From assembly GCA_036259115.1 (NCBI GenBank), contig DATACK010000339.1:4997-68996 (forward strand): a stretch of 64,000 nt of DNA, given 5' to 3'. The notes beneath the pieces were generated by a model. The model saw only the letters and a list, made by a program, of their open reading frames with translations, was not told the DNA's origin and did not search any database. The stretch is from Gammaproteobacteria bacterium (GTDB lineage: Bacteria; Pseudomonadota; Gammaproteobacteria; JACCYU01). Below are positions 51,877 to 63,332 of the stretch, piece by piece; the first letter of the stretch is position 1; every line of letters starts with the position of its first letter. A program made the position numbers and the translations under genes.

Positions 51877-54636
51877 CTATGAAGGCGCGTTAGACTCGTC
51901 CATCCGTGGTGTTGGAATAGCCGTCTCTTGCGCTGACCGACTCCCGCCTGTGCGGTGCGATAGGTTCGATTCAGGCGACTTGCCGAGACGCCGGAGCAGA
52001 TGCTCGTGAATCAGCGCCAGATGGCTTTCATCACTGATCGGCCGATGTTTAAGGTCGGTGATGATAAAGACGTCCTCCGCCTGTTCGCCGATAGTGGTGA
52101 TGCGCGCGTTGTGCACCAGCACGTTGCTCTCGGTAAACGCCTTGCCGATGCGCGACAGCAGCCCAGGCTCATCCACGGCGACGAGTTCCAGCACCGTGTA
52201 GCGCCCGGTTGAGCTTATGTCAAAGACAATCTTGATCGGGACGTCGAAATGCCGCAGCTTACGCGGAAGGCGCCGCGCGACCTCAGGCGGCGCAAGTTCG
52301 GGATGTTCCAGAAGCTGGCGCAAAGTGTCGGCGACTTCATCGATTCTATAGGTTTCCTCAATAGGTTTGCCCGCCTCATCCAGCACCATAAAAGTATCCA
52401 ACGTGTACCCTGTGGCCGTAGTGGTGATGCGTGCGTCCAGTACGTTAAGGCCAAGGCGGGCGAGTGCCGAGGTGATATGGGCAAACAGATGTTGATGACT
52501 CTGGGCATAGATGAAAATCGCTGTGCCCCCACGCACGGTCAATCGGCGAATCGCCACCAAGGGCCGCTGTGAAGGATCCGACTGTATGATGGCCTGCGTG
52601 TGCCAGGAGATCTCATCGTCGGAATGGCGCAGAAAGTACTCCTCGTCGAATGCCTGCCACAGCCGCTGACAGGCGGTGACATCTACCCCACGCTGCCGCA
52701 GCAAGTACAGACTGGCTTGCTTGACTTCCTGAATGAGTTCCTCACGCGCGAGAGGATTGTCCAGCCCGCGCTGAAAGACTCTTTTGGCGGCGTGATACAA
52801 CTCCCGTAGCAAAGTGTCTTTCCACGTGTTCCATAAGGTGAGATTGGTCGCGCGGATGTCGGCCACGGTCAGCAAATACAGATAGTTGAGTCGGTTAAGA
52901 TTTCCGACTCTGTCAGCGAAAGCATTGATCTCGACTGGATCGCTGATGTCCTTACGCTGTGCAGTGAGCGACATCAGTAGGTGATGCTTCACCAGCCACG
53001 ATACCAAATGCGCGTCGTAGTGGCTCAAGCCATGTTCTAAGCAAAAGGCTTGCGCCTCTTCCGCGCCCAATTCCGAGTGATCGCCGCCACGGCCTTTACC
53101 AATATCGTGAAACAGCGCCGCCAGATATAACAGCTCGGGCTTTGGAATTTGGCTTACCAGTTCGCTGCAAAACGGCAGTTCGTGCGCAAATTCCGGCACC
53201 GATAATCGCCGCAGATTGCGCACGACCACGAGCGTGTGTTCATCGACCGTATAGACATGAAACAAGTCGTACTGCATACGGCCCGCTACGCGCCCAAAGC
53301 TAGGCCAGTAAGCCCCCAATACACCATAGCGGTTCATGCGTCGCAGTTCGTGTGTGATGCCGCGCGGTTGGCGCAGGATCTCCATGAACAGACTACGGTT
53401 GGCGATGTTGTTACGAAAGTTGTCGTCCATGAGGTAGAGGTGTCGGCGCACGAGTCGAATAGTCGAGGCGCGCACGCCCTTGAGCTCCGGATGCTGTTCC
53501 ATAATCAGAAATAATTCGAGCAGCGCGGAAGGATAACGCCTGAATACATTCTCGCTCGTGACCTCAAGAAACCCTTTGCGCGCACGAAAGCGGCGGTTGA
53601 TGTGCATAGGCTCGTCAGCCTCGTCGGCATAAAGGATCGCCTCCTGATATAACTGCAGCAGGGTCTCGTTCAACCGCTGCAGTTCCATCACAGTGCGATA
53701 ATAGCGCTGCATGAATTGCTCTACCGCCAGATTATGGTCTTGATCCGTATAACCGAACAGCTCCGCGATGGTGCGCTGATAATCGAACAGCAGGCGATCC
53801 TCACAACGTCTGGTTAGCGTATGCAACGCCAGCCGCACGTGCCACAGAAAAGTCTGGCCGGAAACTAACGTCTCGCATTCGCTCTCGGTCAAGAAACCAT
53901 GGTCCACTAGCTCATGGAGGCTGGTCGCACCCAAATGCCTTTTAGCCACCCAGCCAACCATATGGATATCGCGCAGACCGCCAGGACTTTCTTTGACATT
54001 GGGTTCGAGTCGGTACGCGGTATCGCCGTACTTATGATGACGGCGCTCTTGCTCACGCAGCTTGGCGGAGAAGAATTCGCGGCTGGGCCAGATGTGCGAG
54101 GGCGCAATGCGCTCGCCCATAGCGTGATACAAAGATTCCGGTCCGACTAAAAGACGCGATTCCATCAGATTAGTCGCTACCGTGACATCCTCCGCGCCGG
54201 CCAACGCGCATTCGTCTAAGGTGCGCACGCTATGGCCGACTGGTAATCCGATATCCCACAGAAATGTAAGAAAGTCGGATATGCGCTGTTCGAGCGCGCC
54301 GCCAGCCGGCCGCCATAGCAGCAACATCAGATCCAGGTCCGAGTAGGGGTGCAGCTCACAGCGCCCGTAACCACCGACGGCCACTAGCGCGACGTCATTC
54401 GACTCGTCGAGCCTGAATTGCTGCCACACGCGCCGCAGCAGATAATCCATGATCGTGCTGCGGCCATGTACGAGCGTGGCGGCATCAACGCCGGCGTAGA
54501 ACATGTCCTTGAGCATTTGATTGGTGCGTTTGAGCGTTGTGCTGAAGGCGGCGATGTTCTCCGTTCTGGATGCACCCAATGGTTGCCAAACGAGAAGCGC
54601 GCGCAAGGCCTCGGGCAATTCGGTAATAGGTATCAT
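51877..54636 (-). CDS. glnD: [Protein-PII] uridylyltransferase / uridylyl-removing enzyme.
   Basis: 919 aa with a nucleotidyltransferase domain (GGYGRCELHPYSDLDL), an HD domain (HDIGKG) and two C-terminal ACT domains. map-glnD adjacency as in E. coli. Confidence 0.92.
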   Translation of the reverse strand: MIPITELPEALRALLVWQPLGASRTENIAAFSTTLKRTNQMLKDMFYAGVDAATLVHGRSTIMDYLLRRVWQQFRLDESNDVALVAVGGYGRCELHPYSDLDLMLLLWRPAGGALEQRISDFLTFLWDIGLPVGHSVRTLDECALAGAEDVTVATNLMESRLLVGPESLYHAMGERIAPSHIWPSREFFSAKLREQERRHHKYGDTAYRLEPNVKESPGGLRDIHMVGWVAKRHLGATSLHELVDHGFLTESECETLVSGQTFLWHVRLALHTLTRRCEDRLLFDYQRTIAELFGYTDQDHNLAVEQFMQRYYRTVMELQRLNETLLQLYQEAILYADEADEPMHINRRFRARKGFLEVTSENVFRRYPSALLELFLIMEQHPELKGVRASTIRLVRRHLYLMDDNFRNNIANRSLFMEILRQPRGITHELRRMNRYGVLGAYWPSFGRVAGRMQYDLFHVYTVDEHTLVVVRNLRRLSVPEFAHELPFCSELVSQIPKPELLYLAALFHDIGKGRGGDHSELGAEEAQAFCLEHGLSHYDAHLVSWLVKHHLLMSLTAQRKDISDPVEINAFADRVGNLNRLNYLYLLTVADIRATNLTLWNTWKDTLLRELYHAAKRVFQRGLDNPLAREELIQEVKQASLYLLRQRGVDVTACQRLWQAFDEEYFLRHSDDEISWHTQAIIQSDPSQRPLVAIRRLTVRGGTAIFIYAQSHQHLFAHITSALARLGLNVLDARITTTATGYTLDTFMVLDEAGKPIEETYRIDEVADTLRQLLEHPELAPPEVARRLPRKLRHFDVPIKIVFDISSTGRYTVLELVAVDEPGLLSRIGKAFTESNVLVHNARITTIGEQAEDVFIITDLKHRPISDESHLALIHEHLLRRLGKSPESNLSHRTGGSRSAQETAIPTPRMDESNAPS

Positions 54637-54643
54637 GTAGTGC

Positions 54644-55411
54644 TCACGGCGCCTCGCCGGGCCGCAAGGTAAGCAGTTCCCGCCCGTGATCTGTGACTAG
54701 CACCGTGTGTTCCCACTGGGCCGAAAGGCTATGATCCTTGGTGACCACCGTCCAGCCATCGGCCAGCACTTTGACGTGACGTTTGCCGGCATTGAGCATT
54801 GGCTCTATGGTGAAGGTCATACCCGGCTGCAGTTCTAGACCCGTGCCCGGCTGACCATAATGCAGTACCTGGGGATCTTCATGGAATTCGCGCCCAATGC
54901 CGTGACCGCAGTATTCGCGTACCACCGAACAGCGGTGACGCTCGGCATAAGTCTGGATCGCATGCCCAATATCGCCGAGTCGCGCGCCGGGTCTGACCTG
55001 GTCGATGCCAGTGCGTAGCGCAGCATAAGTGGTTTCAACCAGTCGTTTCGCGAGCACCGAAGGCTGTCCGATAAAAAACATTTGGCTGGTATCACCATGA
55101 AAACCATCTTTGATAATGGTGACGTCAATGTTGAGAATATCGCCGCTTTTGAGTCTCTTGCTGCCCGGAATGCCGTGGCAGACTTGGTGATTGACCGATG
55201 TGCAGATCGATTTTGGAAAGCCCCGGTAGTTGAGCGGCGCAGGCACGGCCTGCAAGACGTTGACGATGTAGTCATGACAGATCGTATCAAGCTTTTCGGT
55301 TGTGGCGCCCGGCTTGACGTGCTCGGCGATCATCAGCAGTACCTCGGAGGCCATGCGGCCGGCCACACGCATCTTCTCGATTTCTTCCGGACTCTTGATA
55401 ATGACGCCCAT
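54644..55411 (-). CDS. map: Methionine aminopeptidase type I.
   Basis: Colinear with E. coli MAP from memory (IKSPEEIEKMRVAGR, VCHGIP, GDILNIDVT, GFHGDTS, REYCGHGIG, PGMTFTIEP, WEHTVLVTD). Confidence 0.92.
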   Translation of the reverse strand: MGVIIKSPEEIEKMRVAGRMASEVLLMIAEHVKPGATTEKLDTICHDYIVNVLQAVPAPLNYRGFPKSICTSVNHQVCHGIPGSKRLKSGDILNIDVTIIKDGFHGDTSQMFFIGQPSVLAKRLVETTYAALRTGIDQVRPGARLGDIGHAIQTYAERHRCSVVREYCGHGIGREFHEDPQVLHYGQPGTGLELQPGMTFTIEPMLNAGKRHVKVLADGWTVVTKDHSLSAQWEHTVLVTDHGRELLTLRPGEAP

Positions 55412-55723
55412 GGCTGCGAATTGAGTATGAGTAAGACGCATGGCAGCATTAACTATGATGTCGCCGCATTTTGCCGTTGCTTATTTGTCGCCGAAAGCCA
55501 AGTATGATATAAAAGCGCGCCCATCGGGTGCAAATGCCACATGCTATCATTGAGCTTGGCTCAAGCGGATTATGTCGGCGAATGGCACTCCGATACCTAA
55601 TCCGCACATGCGCCATCACGGGCGGCTGGGTGCTCCGCCTCTGAATTAAGTCTTTTGATTCAAGTCGGGGTCGCCGCTCGGGGCGCATGGAGGCCTAAAC
55701 CCAACCTTTAAAAGGACTTGTTC

Positions 55724-56692
55724 ATGGCTAACATCACCATGCGTCAGATGCTTGAGGCTGGTGTGCACTTCGGACACCAGACGCGATACTGGAATCCAAA
55801 GATGGCGCCGTTCATTTTCGGCGAGCGCAATCGGATTCACATTATCAATCTCGAAAGAACTCTGCCACTCTTTATCGATGCGATGAATTATCTTGGTCGC
55901 CTGGCGGCCGATGGCGGCAAGATATTGTTCGTCGGCACCAAGCGCTCGGCGCGAGACATCATCGAGGAGCAGGCCAGACGCTGCGGCATGCCTTATGTAA
56001 ACCATCGTTGGTTAGGCGGTATGCTCACGAATTTCCAGACCGTGCGTCAGTCCATCAAGCGGCTCAAGGACTTAGAACAGATGTCCGAAGACGGCACCTT
56101 TGAGCGTTTAGGAAAGAAGGAGATCCAAAAGCTCAAGCGCGAGATGGAGAAGCTTGAACGAAGCCTCGGCGGCATCAAGGACATGGGGAGCCCGCCAGAT
56201 GCCTTGTTCGTCATTGACGTAGGCTACGAGCGTATCGCTGTCGACGAAGCCGTCAAACTTCATATCCCGGTGGTGGCGGTGGTCGATACTAATAATTCCA
56301 CCGACCATATCGATTACGTCATTCCCGGCAACGACGATGCCATTCGCGCTATTCAAATATATGTGACTGCGGCCGCCGATGCGATCGCAGATGGTGTCGC
56401 GCAAGCGCGCGCGGCCCTCGGCGCAGAGGACGAATTTGTCGAGCTTGAAGAGAGCGGTGACTTGAGTCCACGCGATCGGGCCGCCCTTAGGAAAAAAGCG
56501 GCAGTCAGACAAAAAGGTACGCCGAGGAAGCAGGATGGCAATCGAACCGTAGACGCTGGCGCAGAGAGGCAAGCGCATAGTACGAAAGCAGTACCCGCGT
56601 CCAGTGCGGCGGCGAACATTTTACAACCAGCGTCCGCGGGTAACGGCACGTCAGTGTCCGGTGAGTCCGACCCGCAACAGCAAGATGTTTAG
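55724..56692 (+). CDS. rpsB: 30S ribosomal protein S2 with a roughly 80-aa low-complexity C-terminal extension.
   Basis: [27 protein letters not shown] aligns with E. coli S2 from memory. The tail after about residue 240 is Ala/Ser/acidic-rich. Confidence 0.9.
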   Translation: MANITMRQMLEAGVHFGHQTRYWNPKMAPFIFGERNRIHIINLERTLPLFIDAMNYLGRLAADGGKILFVGTKRSARDIIEEQARRCGMPYVNHRWLGGMLTNFQTVRQSIKRLKDLEQMSEDGTFERLGKKEIQKLKREMEKLERSLGGIKDMGSPPDALFVIDVGYERIAVDEAVKLHIPVVAVVDTNNSTDHIDYVIPGNDDAIRAIQIYVTAAADAIADGVAQARAALGAEDEFVELEESGDLSPRDRAALRKKAAVRQKGTPRKQDGNRTVDAGAERQAHSTKAVPASSAAANILQPASAGNGTSVSGESDPQQQDV

Positions 56693-56729
56693 ATGTTGGT
56701 TTCGGATCGAATGAACGGAGGTTGAGCTT

Positions 56730-57611
56730 ATGCAAATTACCGCATCCATGGTCAAGGAGCTCCGCGGCCGTACGGGAGCTGGTATGATGGAGTGCAAGAA
56801 GGCCCTAGAGGCGAACGCGGGCGACATGGAAGCGGCAATCGAGGCCATGCGTAAGGCGGGTCTTGCTAAAGCTGATAAACGGGCAGCACGTGTTGCTGCC
56901 GAGGGCGTTATTCGCGCTAGTATCGCGCGTGACGGTCGGCGGGCGGCGATGGTGGAGGTCAACTGCGAGACCGATTTCGTCGCCAAGGGTGAAGATTTTA
57001 TGCACTTCGCGCAGGCTGTGGCCGACATCGCGGTGCAGCACGAGCCGGCCGATGCCGATATATTAATGAGGCTTCCTCTGAACGACGTGGCAAGCATCGA
57101 GGATCGACGCCAGGTACTGAGCGCTAAGCTGGGTGAGAATATTCAGGTACGCCGGTTCGCTTACATGCGAACCGATGACGGTCATATCGGTATCTATCTG
57201 CATGGTGGGCGCATCGGCGTGATGGTGGATCTAAAAGGCGGTGATGATGCGCTCGCTAAGGACATCGCCATGCACGTGGCGGCCAGCAGGCCGCTTTGTG
57301 TGGCAGAGCACGACGTGCCTGGTGAACTGATCGACAAGGAAAAGGTGATCTTCGCCGCGCAGGCCGAACAAAGCGGTAAGCCGTCCGAGATCATCGATAA
57401 GATTGTGCAGGGCCGACTTAAAAAATACCTGGCTGAGATCACGTTGCTCGGTCAGCCGTTCGTGAGAGATCCAGATACTCCGGTCGGAAAACTCTTGCAG
57501 GCGTCTAAGGCGCAGGTCAGGCGCTTTATGCGCTTTGAGGTCGGCGAGGGTATAGAGAAGAAAACCAGCAACTTTGCCGATGAGGTGATGGCGCAGATCA
57601 AAGGTAAGTGA
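56730..57611 (+). CDS. tsf: Elongation factor Ts.
   Basis: The N-terminal UBA-like motif [26 protein letters not shown] is diagnostic. 293 aa. Confidence 0.95.
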   Translation: MQITASMVKELRGRTGAGMMECKKALEANAGDMEAAIEAMRKAGLAKADKRAARVAAEGVIRASIARDGRRAAMVEVNCETDFVAKGEDFMHFAQAVADIAVQHEPADADILMRLPLNDVASIEDRRQVLSAKLGENIQVRRFAYMRTDDGHIGIYLHGGRIGVMVDLKGGDDALAKDIAMHVAASRPLCVAEHDVPGELIDKEKVIFAAQAEQSGKPSEIIDKIVQGRLKKYLAEITLLGQPFVRDPDTPVGKLLQASKAQVRRFMRFEVGEGIEKKTSNFADEVMAQIKGK

Positions 57612-57632
57612 CAACGAAAATGTCAATGCATC

Positions 57633-58427
57633 ATGAAAGGGGAGTCTCCAGTCACGACTGAAGCGTCAAGTAGCGCGTCCACGGCTCATGCGTCGGAACA
57701 CCGAACCGAGGGTTCGCCAGCCTACAAGCGCATCCTGCTTAAGCTCAGTGGTGAGGCGCTTATGGGCGAGCAGGACTACGGCATTGAGCCGCGGGTTATT
57801 GCGCGCATTGCGACCGATTTGGGCGAGCTGAACCGCAGAGGCGTGGAGGTCGCGGTCGTTATTGGCGGCGGCAATATTTTCCGCGGCGCGGGACTCGCAC
57901 AGGCCGGCATGGATAGGGTCACAGCGGATCAAATGGGCATGCTTGCCACTGTTATCAACGCGCTCGCGTTACAAGACGCGCTTGAACGCCGCGGATTCCA
58001 CTGCCGCGTGATGTCCGCGCTCAAGATTAACCAAGTCTGCGAGGACTACATTCGTCGCCGCGCCATGCGTCATCTCGAAAAGGGCCGTGTGGTGGTGTTC
58101 GCCGCTGGTACTGGTAACCCCTTTTTTACGACCGACTCGGCCGCAAGCCTGCGCGCCAGCGAGATCAATGCTAACCTCATGCTTAAAGCGACTAAAGTTG
58201 ATGGCGTGTACGACGCAGATCCCTTCAAACATGCGAGCGCCAAACGCTACGAGCACTTGACTTATGATGAGGTCTTGGTGCAAAAGCTGGACGTTATGGA
58301 TGCGACTGCCATTGTAATGTGCCGCGACAACAATATACCGCTGCGCATATTCAATATATTCACGCATGGAGATCTGCTGAGAGCGGTGATGGGCGAAGAG
58401 GTTGGTACTGCTGTGGATCGCGGTTAG
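57633..58427 (+). CDS. pyrH: UMP kinase. An N-terminal extension of about 17 aa is possible and the start is uncertain.
   Basis: [13 protein letters not shown] and GGGNIFRG motifs, 240-264 aa. Confidence 0.9.
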   Translation: MKGESPVTTEASSSASTAHASEHRTEGSPAYKRILLKLSGEALMGEQDYGIEPRVIARIATDLGELNRRGVEVAVVIGGGNIFRGAGLAQAGMDRVTADQMGMLATVINALALQDALERRGFHCRVMSALKINQVCEDYIRRRAMRHLEKGRVVVFAAGTGNPFFTTDSAASLRASEINANLMLKATKVDGVYDADPFKHASAKRYEHLTYDEVLVQKLDVMDATAIVMCRDNNIPLRIFNIFTHGDLLRAVMGEEVGTAVDRG

Positions 58428-58498
58428 CGGCGCGACGTGGACACGCATATTGTCTGCGTATAATGCGCCATACGTGCGCGCATGTGAGACTTGCAATT

Positions 58499-59056
58499 AT
58501 GATTGAAGATATTAAGAAAGACGCTGGCCTTCGCATGCGCAAGAGTGTGGAAGCTCTGCAACATGAGCTGGCCAAGGTGCGTACAGGCCGCGCTCACGCG
58601 AGCCTGCTGGATCACGTCACGGTCGACTATTACAGCTCACAGGTACCGATAAACCGTGTCGCCAGTGTGAACGTCGAAGACCCGCGCACGCTGAGCGTGA
58701 CGCCATGGGAAAAGGGTATGGTGCCAGTGGTGGAAAAGGCCATTTTAAATTCCGACCTCGGCCTCAATCCAACCACAGCCGGACTTGTGATTCGCGTACC
58801 GCTGCCGCCTTTAACTGAGGAGCGCCGTAGGGACTTAGTTAAAGTGGTGCGTCACGAGGCGGAGAACGCTCGTGTAGCGGTTCGCAATATTCGCCGCGAT
58901 GCTAACAACGATTTGAAGGAGCTGGTCAAGGAGAAAGAGATCTCTGCTGATGAGGAGCGCCGCGGCCAGGAGGCGATTCAAAAGCTCACTGATAAATACA
59001 TCGATGAGATTGATCACGTGCTGACGGCTAAAGAGCAGGAACTCATGGAAATCTAG
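58499..59056 (+). CDS. frr: Ribosome recycling factor.
   Basis: 185 aa starting at [32 protein letters not shown]. The ORF-track upstream extension overlaps pyrH and was rejected. Confidence 0.92.
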   Translation: MIEDIKKDAGLRMRKSVEALQHELAKVRTGRAHASLLDHVTVDYYSSQVPINRVASVNVEDPRTLSVTPWEKGMVPVVEKAILNSDLGLNPTTAGLVIRVPLPPLTEERRRDLVKVVRHEAENARVAVRNIRRDANNDLKELVKEKEISADEERRGQEAIQKLTDKYIDEIDHVLTAKEQELMEI

Positions 59057-59140
59057 CATTGGTCCGCCGTTGCAATTTTTAGCATTTAAAACAATAACGA
59101 AAGGTACATTCTTACGTCGAAAGTCAACTATGTTCGGCGG

Positions 59141-59920
59141 TTGCAAATCCTACCCAGGGGGCATCGGTTGAGCGTGGACGGGGCATCCGGTTACATTTTG
59201 CCGCGGCACATCGCGATCGTTATGGACGGCAACGGCCGTTGGGCACGCGCGCGCCGGCTGCCGCGCCCGGCCGGACACAATCAGGGCGTCATTACTGCGC
59301 GTAAGGTCGTACGCGCGTGTGTTGAACGTGGCATAGAAGTGCTCACGCTGTTCGCCTTCAGCAGCGAAAATTGGCAACGCCCTAAAGCCGAGGTCAGCAC
59401 GCTGATGGATTTGTTCTTTACCACGCTCAGGCGTGAGGCGGGAGAACTGGCCAAACATGGTGTGCGGTTGAATTTCATCGGTGATCGCCGTGCATTTTCA
59501 CCGAAGCTCCAGCAGCAGATCGCCATGGCTGAAGAGATTACCTCCGGATGCCGCAATTTGCTGCTTAACGTCGCGGCGAGTTATGGCGGGCGCTGGGATA
59601 TCACACAGGCCGTGAGTATGCTCTTGCGTGAATTCGCGGATAAGCGCCTAAATCTTGAACAAATTACACAGGAGCTAATCGCGGCGCGGCTCGTGACGGC
59701 CGGCATAGCCGATCCCGATTTGTTTATCCGCACTGGCGGCGAGCGCCGCGTCAGCAATTTTCTTTTGTGGCAACTGGCGTATACGGAACTTTACTTCACC
59801 GATATTTTGTGGCCAGACTTCGATGAAGCAGCACTCGATGCGGCACTCGCCTCTTATGCCGGTCGACAGCGCCGCTACGGCAAAACTAGTGGGCAGGTTA
59901 AAACCGCGCGCGGTGTTTGA
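59141..59920 (+). CDS. uppS: Ditrans,polycis-undecaprenyl-diphosphate synthase.
   Basis: HIAIVMDGNGRWA, and ALTLFAFSSENWQRP motifs. Confidence 0.92.
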   Translation: MQILPRGHRLSVDGASGYILPRHIAIVMDGNGRWARARRLPRPAGHNQGVITARKVVRACVERGIEVLTLFAFSSENWQRPKAEVSTLMDLFFTTLRREAGELAKHGVRLNFIGDRRAFSPKLQQQIAMAEEITSGCRNLLLNVAASYGGRWDITQAVSMLLREFADKRLNLEQITQELIAARLVTAGIADPDLFIRTGGERRVSNFLLWQLAYTELYFTDILWPDFDEAALDAALASYAGRQRRYGKTSGQVKTARGV

Positions 59921-60725
59921 AAAGCGGGTTGCCACTGGAATCCTGCTGGCTATGGGCATGATTGCCGCAGCATTGTTGTTGCCCAGCGCGGCACTGGGTT
60001 TCGTGCTGTTGGTGGTGGTCTTACTGGGCGCGTGGGAATGGGCGCAATTGACTGGGTTGATGACGGTTAAATCCCGGCTCATCTACCTGACTGCGATGAC
60101 GGCCTGCGCCTATTTCATGTGGTGGCCGTTCGAAGGTCGACAAGCGCTGATGCCCATCGTGCTAGGCGTGCTGTGGTGGATGGTTGCGCTGTTCGTATTG
60201 GTAGTTTACAAGCCTAGTCCATCAAACAGCCCGCTTAAGGTGTTTGGACTGCGCGTTGCGGGATTGCTTACGCTAATACCGGCCTGGATCGCGATGGTCG
60301 ATTTGCAGGCGCTCAATCCGCGCCCCGCCTGGCTGGTCTTCTTGTTATTGCTGGTATGGTTAGCTGATTCTGCGGCATTCTTCACTGGGCGGTTGCTAGG
60401 GAAAACCCAACTGGCGCCCTTGATAAGTCCAGCCAAAACCCGTGAAGGTGTGCTGGGTGCATTGGCCGCTAATGGCGTACTGGCGGCACTTGGCGCGTGG
60501 TGGTTCGAACTGCCGCGTTTGCTGTGGGTCTACTTCATCGGTCTATGTCTAGTTACCACCTTGGTGTCAGTGGCGGGCGATCTATTTGAAAGCATGCTGA
60601 AACGACACGCGGGTGTCAAAGACAGCGGTACGATGTTGCCTGGTCATGGGGGAATTCTAGATCGAATCGACAGCACGGTGGCCGCAGCGCCGCCTTTCTT
60701 GCTAGGACTACATTGGATGCACTGA
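59913..60725 (+). CDS. cdsA: Phosphatidate cytidylyltransferase.
   Basis: Multi-TM protein with the C-terminal CTP-transferase signature (SMLKRHAGVKDSGTMLPGHGGILDRIDS). Start placed at the GTG overlapping the uppS stop. The exact start is uncertain; the ORF-track start 59823 would overlap uppS by 98 nt. Confidence 0.8.
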   Translation: MFEKRVATGILLAMGMIAAALLLPSAALGFVLLVVVLLGAWEWAQLTGLMTVKSRLIYLTAMTACAYFMWWPFEGRQALMPIVLGVLWWMVALFVLVVYKPSPSNSPLKVFGLRVAGLLTLIPAWIAMVDLQALNPRPAWLVFLLLLVWLADSAAFFTGRLLGKTQLAPLISPAKTREGVLGALAANGVLAALGAWWFELPRLLWVYFIGLCLVTTLVSVAGDLFESMLKRHAGVKDSGTMLPGHGGILDRIDSTVAAAPPFLLGLHWMH

Positions 60726-60746
60726 CAGTGGATGAATAGGCACGGC

Positions 60747-61967
60747 ATGTCAGCACCTTCGGCCAAGCAGGCTACTCATGTGACGGTGCTAGGATCTACT
60801 GGCACTATCGGCACCAACACGTTGGACGTGATTCGGCGGCATCCGCAGCGGTATAAGGTAGCCGCTCTGACGGCGCATCGCAACCTGGTACGGCTGTATC
60901 AGCAATGTTTGGAATTCAAGCCGCAGTACGCGGTCATGAATGATGTGCAAGCCGCTGCGGAGTTACAACAGAGGCTGTACGCGGCGGGTCTTGCAACCGA
61001 AGTGCTTACAGGGGCCGCCGGTTTGGAGCAGGTCGCCGCGCTGTCCGACGTAGATTGCGTTATGGCTGCTATCGTTGGCGCGGCAGGGCTGTTGCCAACA
61101 TTGGCAGCCGTGCGGGCTGGCAAGCGTGTCCTGCTCGCGAACAAAGAGGCGCTGGTAATGGCGGGTCAGTTGTTCATGCAGGCGGTGCAGGAGGGCCACG
61201 CTCAATTACTGCCCATCGACAGCGAACATAACGCTGTATTTCAATGTATGTCACATGGTTTGGAGCCGAATGGTGCGCAATGTGGCCTTGGACGGGCCGG
61301 CGCGGTGCGAATTGTGTTAACCGCATCCGGCGGTCCGTTTCGAGATTTGCCGCTGTCGGCGCTACAAGACGTCACCCCTGCGCAGGCCTGTGCACATCCC
61401 AACTGGGTGATGGGGCGTAAGATCTCGGTGGATTCCGCCACCATGATGAACAAGGGTCTGGAGGTAATTGAAGCTAGCTGGCTGTTTAATTGCCTTCCCG
61501 ATCAAATAGAGGTTTTGCTGCATCCGCAAAGCGTGGTGCATTCTATGGTCGTGTTTACGGACGGATCGGTACTGGCACAATTGGGCAATCCCGATATGCG
61601 CACACCAATCGCGCACGCGCTGGCATGGCCCGAACGCATCACCTCCGGCGTGCGCGCCCTTGATCTGGTCGAAGTTGCGCGGCTGGAGTTTTGCAAGCTC
61701 GACCCCGCACGTTACCCTTGTCTGTGTCTGGCCTTCGATGCACTGCGTGCCGGTGGCACCTCGACCACTATTCTGAACGCCGCCAACGAGGTAGCTGTGG
61801 AAAACTTCCTCGATGAACAGATTGGCTTTACCGATATCCCACGCGTCATTGAGCACACCCTGGAAAGCGTAGCGGCGACCGAGGCAGTGTCGCTAGGAGT
61901 AATTCTGGCTGCGGATCGCGCCGCGCGCATTGCGGCCGGAGAATACATCGCAGCGCTGACCCACTGA
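60747..61967 (+). CDS. dxr: 1-deoxy-D-xylulose 5-phosphate reductoisomerase.
   Basis: [22 protein letters not shown]-binding N-terminus and LANKEALV motif. Canonical position after cdsA. Start ATG at 60747 or 60732. Confidence 0.92.
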   Translation: MSAPSAKQATHVTVLGSTGTIGTNTLDVIRRHPQRYKVAALTAHRNLVRLYQQCLEFKPQYAVMNDVQAAAELQQRLYAAGLATEVLTGAAGLEQVAALSDVDCVMAAIVGAAGLLPTLAAVRAGKRVLLANKEALVMAGQLFMQAVQEGHAQLLPIDSEHNAVFQCMSHGLEPNGAQCGLGRAGAVRIVLTASGGPFRDLPLSALQDVTPAQACAHPNWVMGRKISVDSATMMNKGLEVIEASWLFNCLPDQIEVLLHPQSVVHSMVVFTDGSVLAQLGNPDMRTPIAHALAWPERITSGVRALDLVEVARLEFCKLDPARYPCLCLAFDALRAGGTSTTILNAANEVAVENFLDEQIGFTDIPRVIEHTLESVAATEAVSLGVILAADRAARIAAGEYIAALTH

Positions 61968-61970
61968 CCG

Positions 61971-63332
61971 ATGTCCGTACTGATCAGCATTATCGCGTTT
62001 GCTGCCGCCGTTAGCATTCTGGTGGGCTTTCATGAGCTTGGCCATTACTGGGTGGCCAAGAGACTAGGCGTGAAGGTCTTGAGATTTTCGGTGGGATTCG
62101 GCAAGGCGTTGTGGAAACGCAAGGCAGGTGCCGATGGCACAGAATACGTACTTGCGGCGATCCCATTGGGCGGCTACGTCAAGATGCTCGATGAACGTGA
62201 GGGGTCTGTTAAACCCGATGACCTGCCGCGTGCCTTCAATCGCCAGCACGTGACGACCCGCATCGCCATTGTAGCGGCAGGCCCACTCGCGAACTTTCTG
62301 CTGGCCATTGTGGCTTACTGGTTGATGTTCATGCTCGGTGTAACCGGCATTAAGCCAGTCGTGGGCCATATCACGCCGGGCACAGTCGCGGCGCACGCCG
62401 GCCTCAAATCCGGTGACCAGATCGTGGCTGCAAACAACGAGCGGACGCCGACCTGGGAAGCGGCGAATCTGGCTATCATCGATCAAGCCCTTAAACAAGG
62501 GGAGGTGACGTTGACCGTCCGCGACCCGCGCGGCGGAACTCGGCAGCGTGTGCTCGACGTGCGTGATCCGCGTCAGGTTCTAAACGCGGGGAATCTGCTT
62601 AAGACGTTGGGAATAACCCCGTGGCAGCCCACTATTGCCCCAGTGCTCGGCAAACTGACGCCGGATGGCGCGGCCAGGCAAAGCGGGCTGCGCCCCGGCG
62701 ACCGCATCATCAGCGCAAATGGTAGGGTGATCACGCAGTGGCAGGATTGGGTGAATTTCGTTCGAGCCCATCCCAATGAGAGCGCCAGCCTGGTAATTAA
62801 ACGCGGCGGCGACAGGATGAGAGTCAACTTGCACACCGATGTCGTGCGTGAAGATGGTCGCCGGATCGGGCGTATCGGCGCGTATCCACACGTCAACCAG
62901 GCGCGGCTTGACGCCATGCAAGTGGAAGTGCGCTATAACCCTGTTAGCGCGTTCGGCATGGCGCTCGGAAAGACCTGGGATTTCTCAGCCTTGACCGTGC
63001 GTATCCTGTGGAAGCTGATAATGGGCGAGGCGTCGCTGAGAAATGTCAGCGGACCTATCACCATCGCCGAGTATGCGGGCGTTTCGGCGGTGCTCGGCTT
63101 GTCGGCCTTTTTAGGGGCGTTGGCAGTATTTAGCATCAGCATCGGCGTGCTGAACTTATTGCCGGTGCCGGTGTTGGATGGGGGACATTTGTTGTATTAC
63201 TTCATCGAGCTGGTCAAGGGGAGCCCAGTCTCCGAAACCGCTGAGGCAGTCGGACAGCGCATCGGTCTTGCGGTGCTGGCCGGCCTCATGGCGCTTGCCT
63301 TCTACAACGATTTTGCAAGACTAATTGGCTAG
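61971..63332 (+). CDS. rseP: Regulator of sigma-E protease RseP (site-2 zinc metalloprotease).
   Basis: HELGHYWVAK (HExxH) in the first TM helix, two PDZ domains, and the LNLLPVPVLDGGH motif. Confidence 0.92.
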   Translation: MSVLISIIAFAAAVSILVGFHELGHYWVAKRLGVKVLRFSVGFGKALWKRKAGADGTEYVLAAIPLGGYVKMLDEREGSVKPDDLPRAFNRQHVTTRIAIVAAGPLANFLLAIVAYWLMFMLGVTGIKPVVGHITPGTVAAHAGLKSGDQIVAANNERTPTWEAANLAIIDQALKQGEVTLTVRDPRGGTRQRVLDVRDPRQVLNAGNLLKTLGITPWQPTIAPVLGKLTPDGAARQSGLRPGDRIISANGRVITQWQDWVNFVRAHPNESASLVIKRGGDRMRVNLHTDVVREDGRRIGRIGAYPHVNQARLDAMQVEVRYNPVSAFGMALGKTWDFSALTVRILWKLIMGEASLRNVSGPITIAEYAGVSAVLGLSAFLGALAVFSISIGVLNLLPVPVLDGGHLLYYFIELVKGSPVSETAEAVGQRIGLAVLAGLMALAFYNDFARLIG

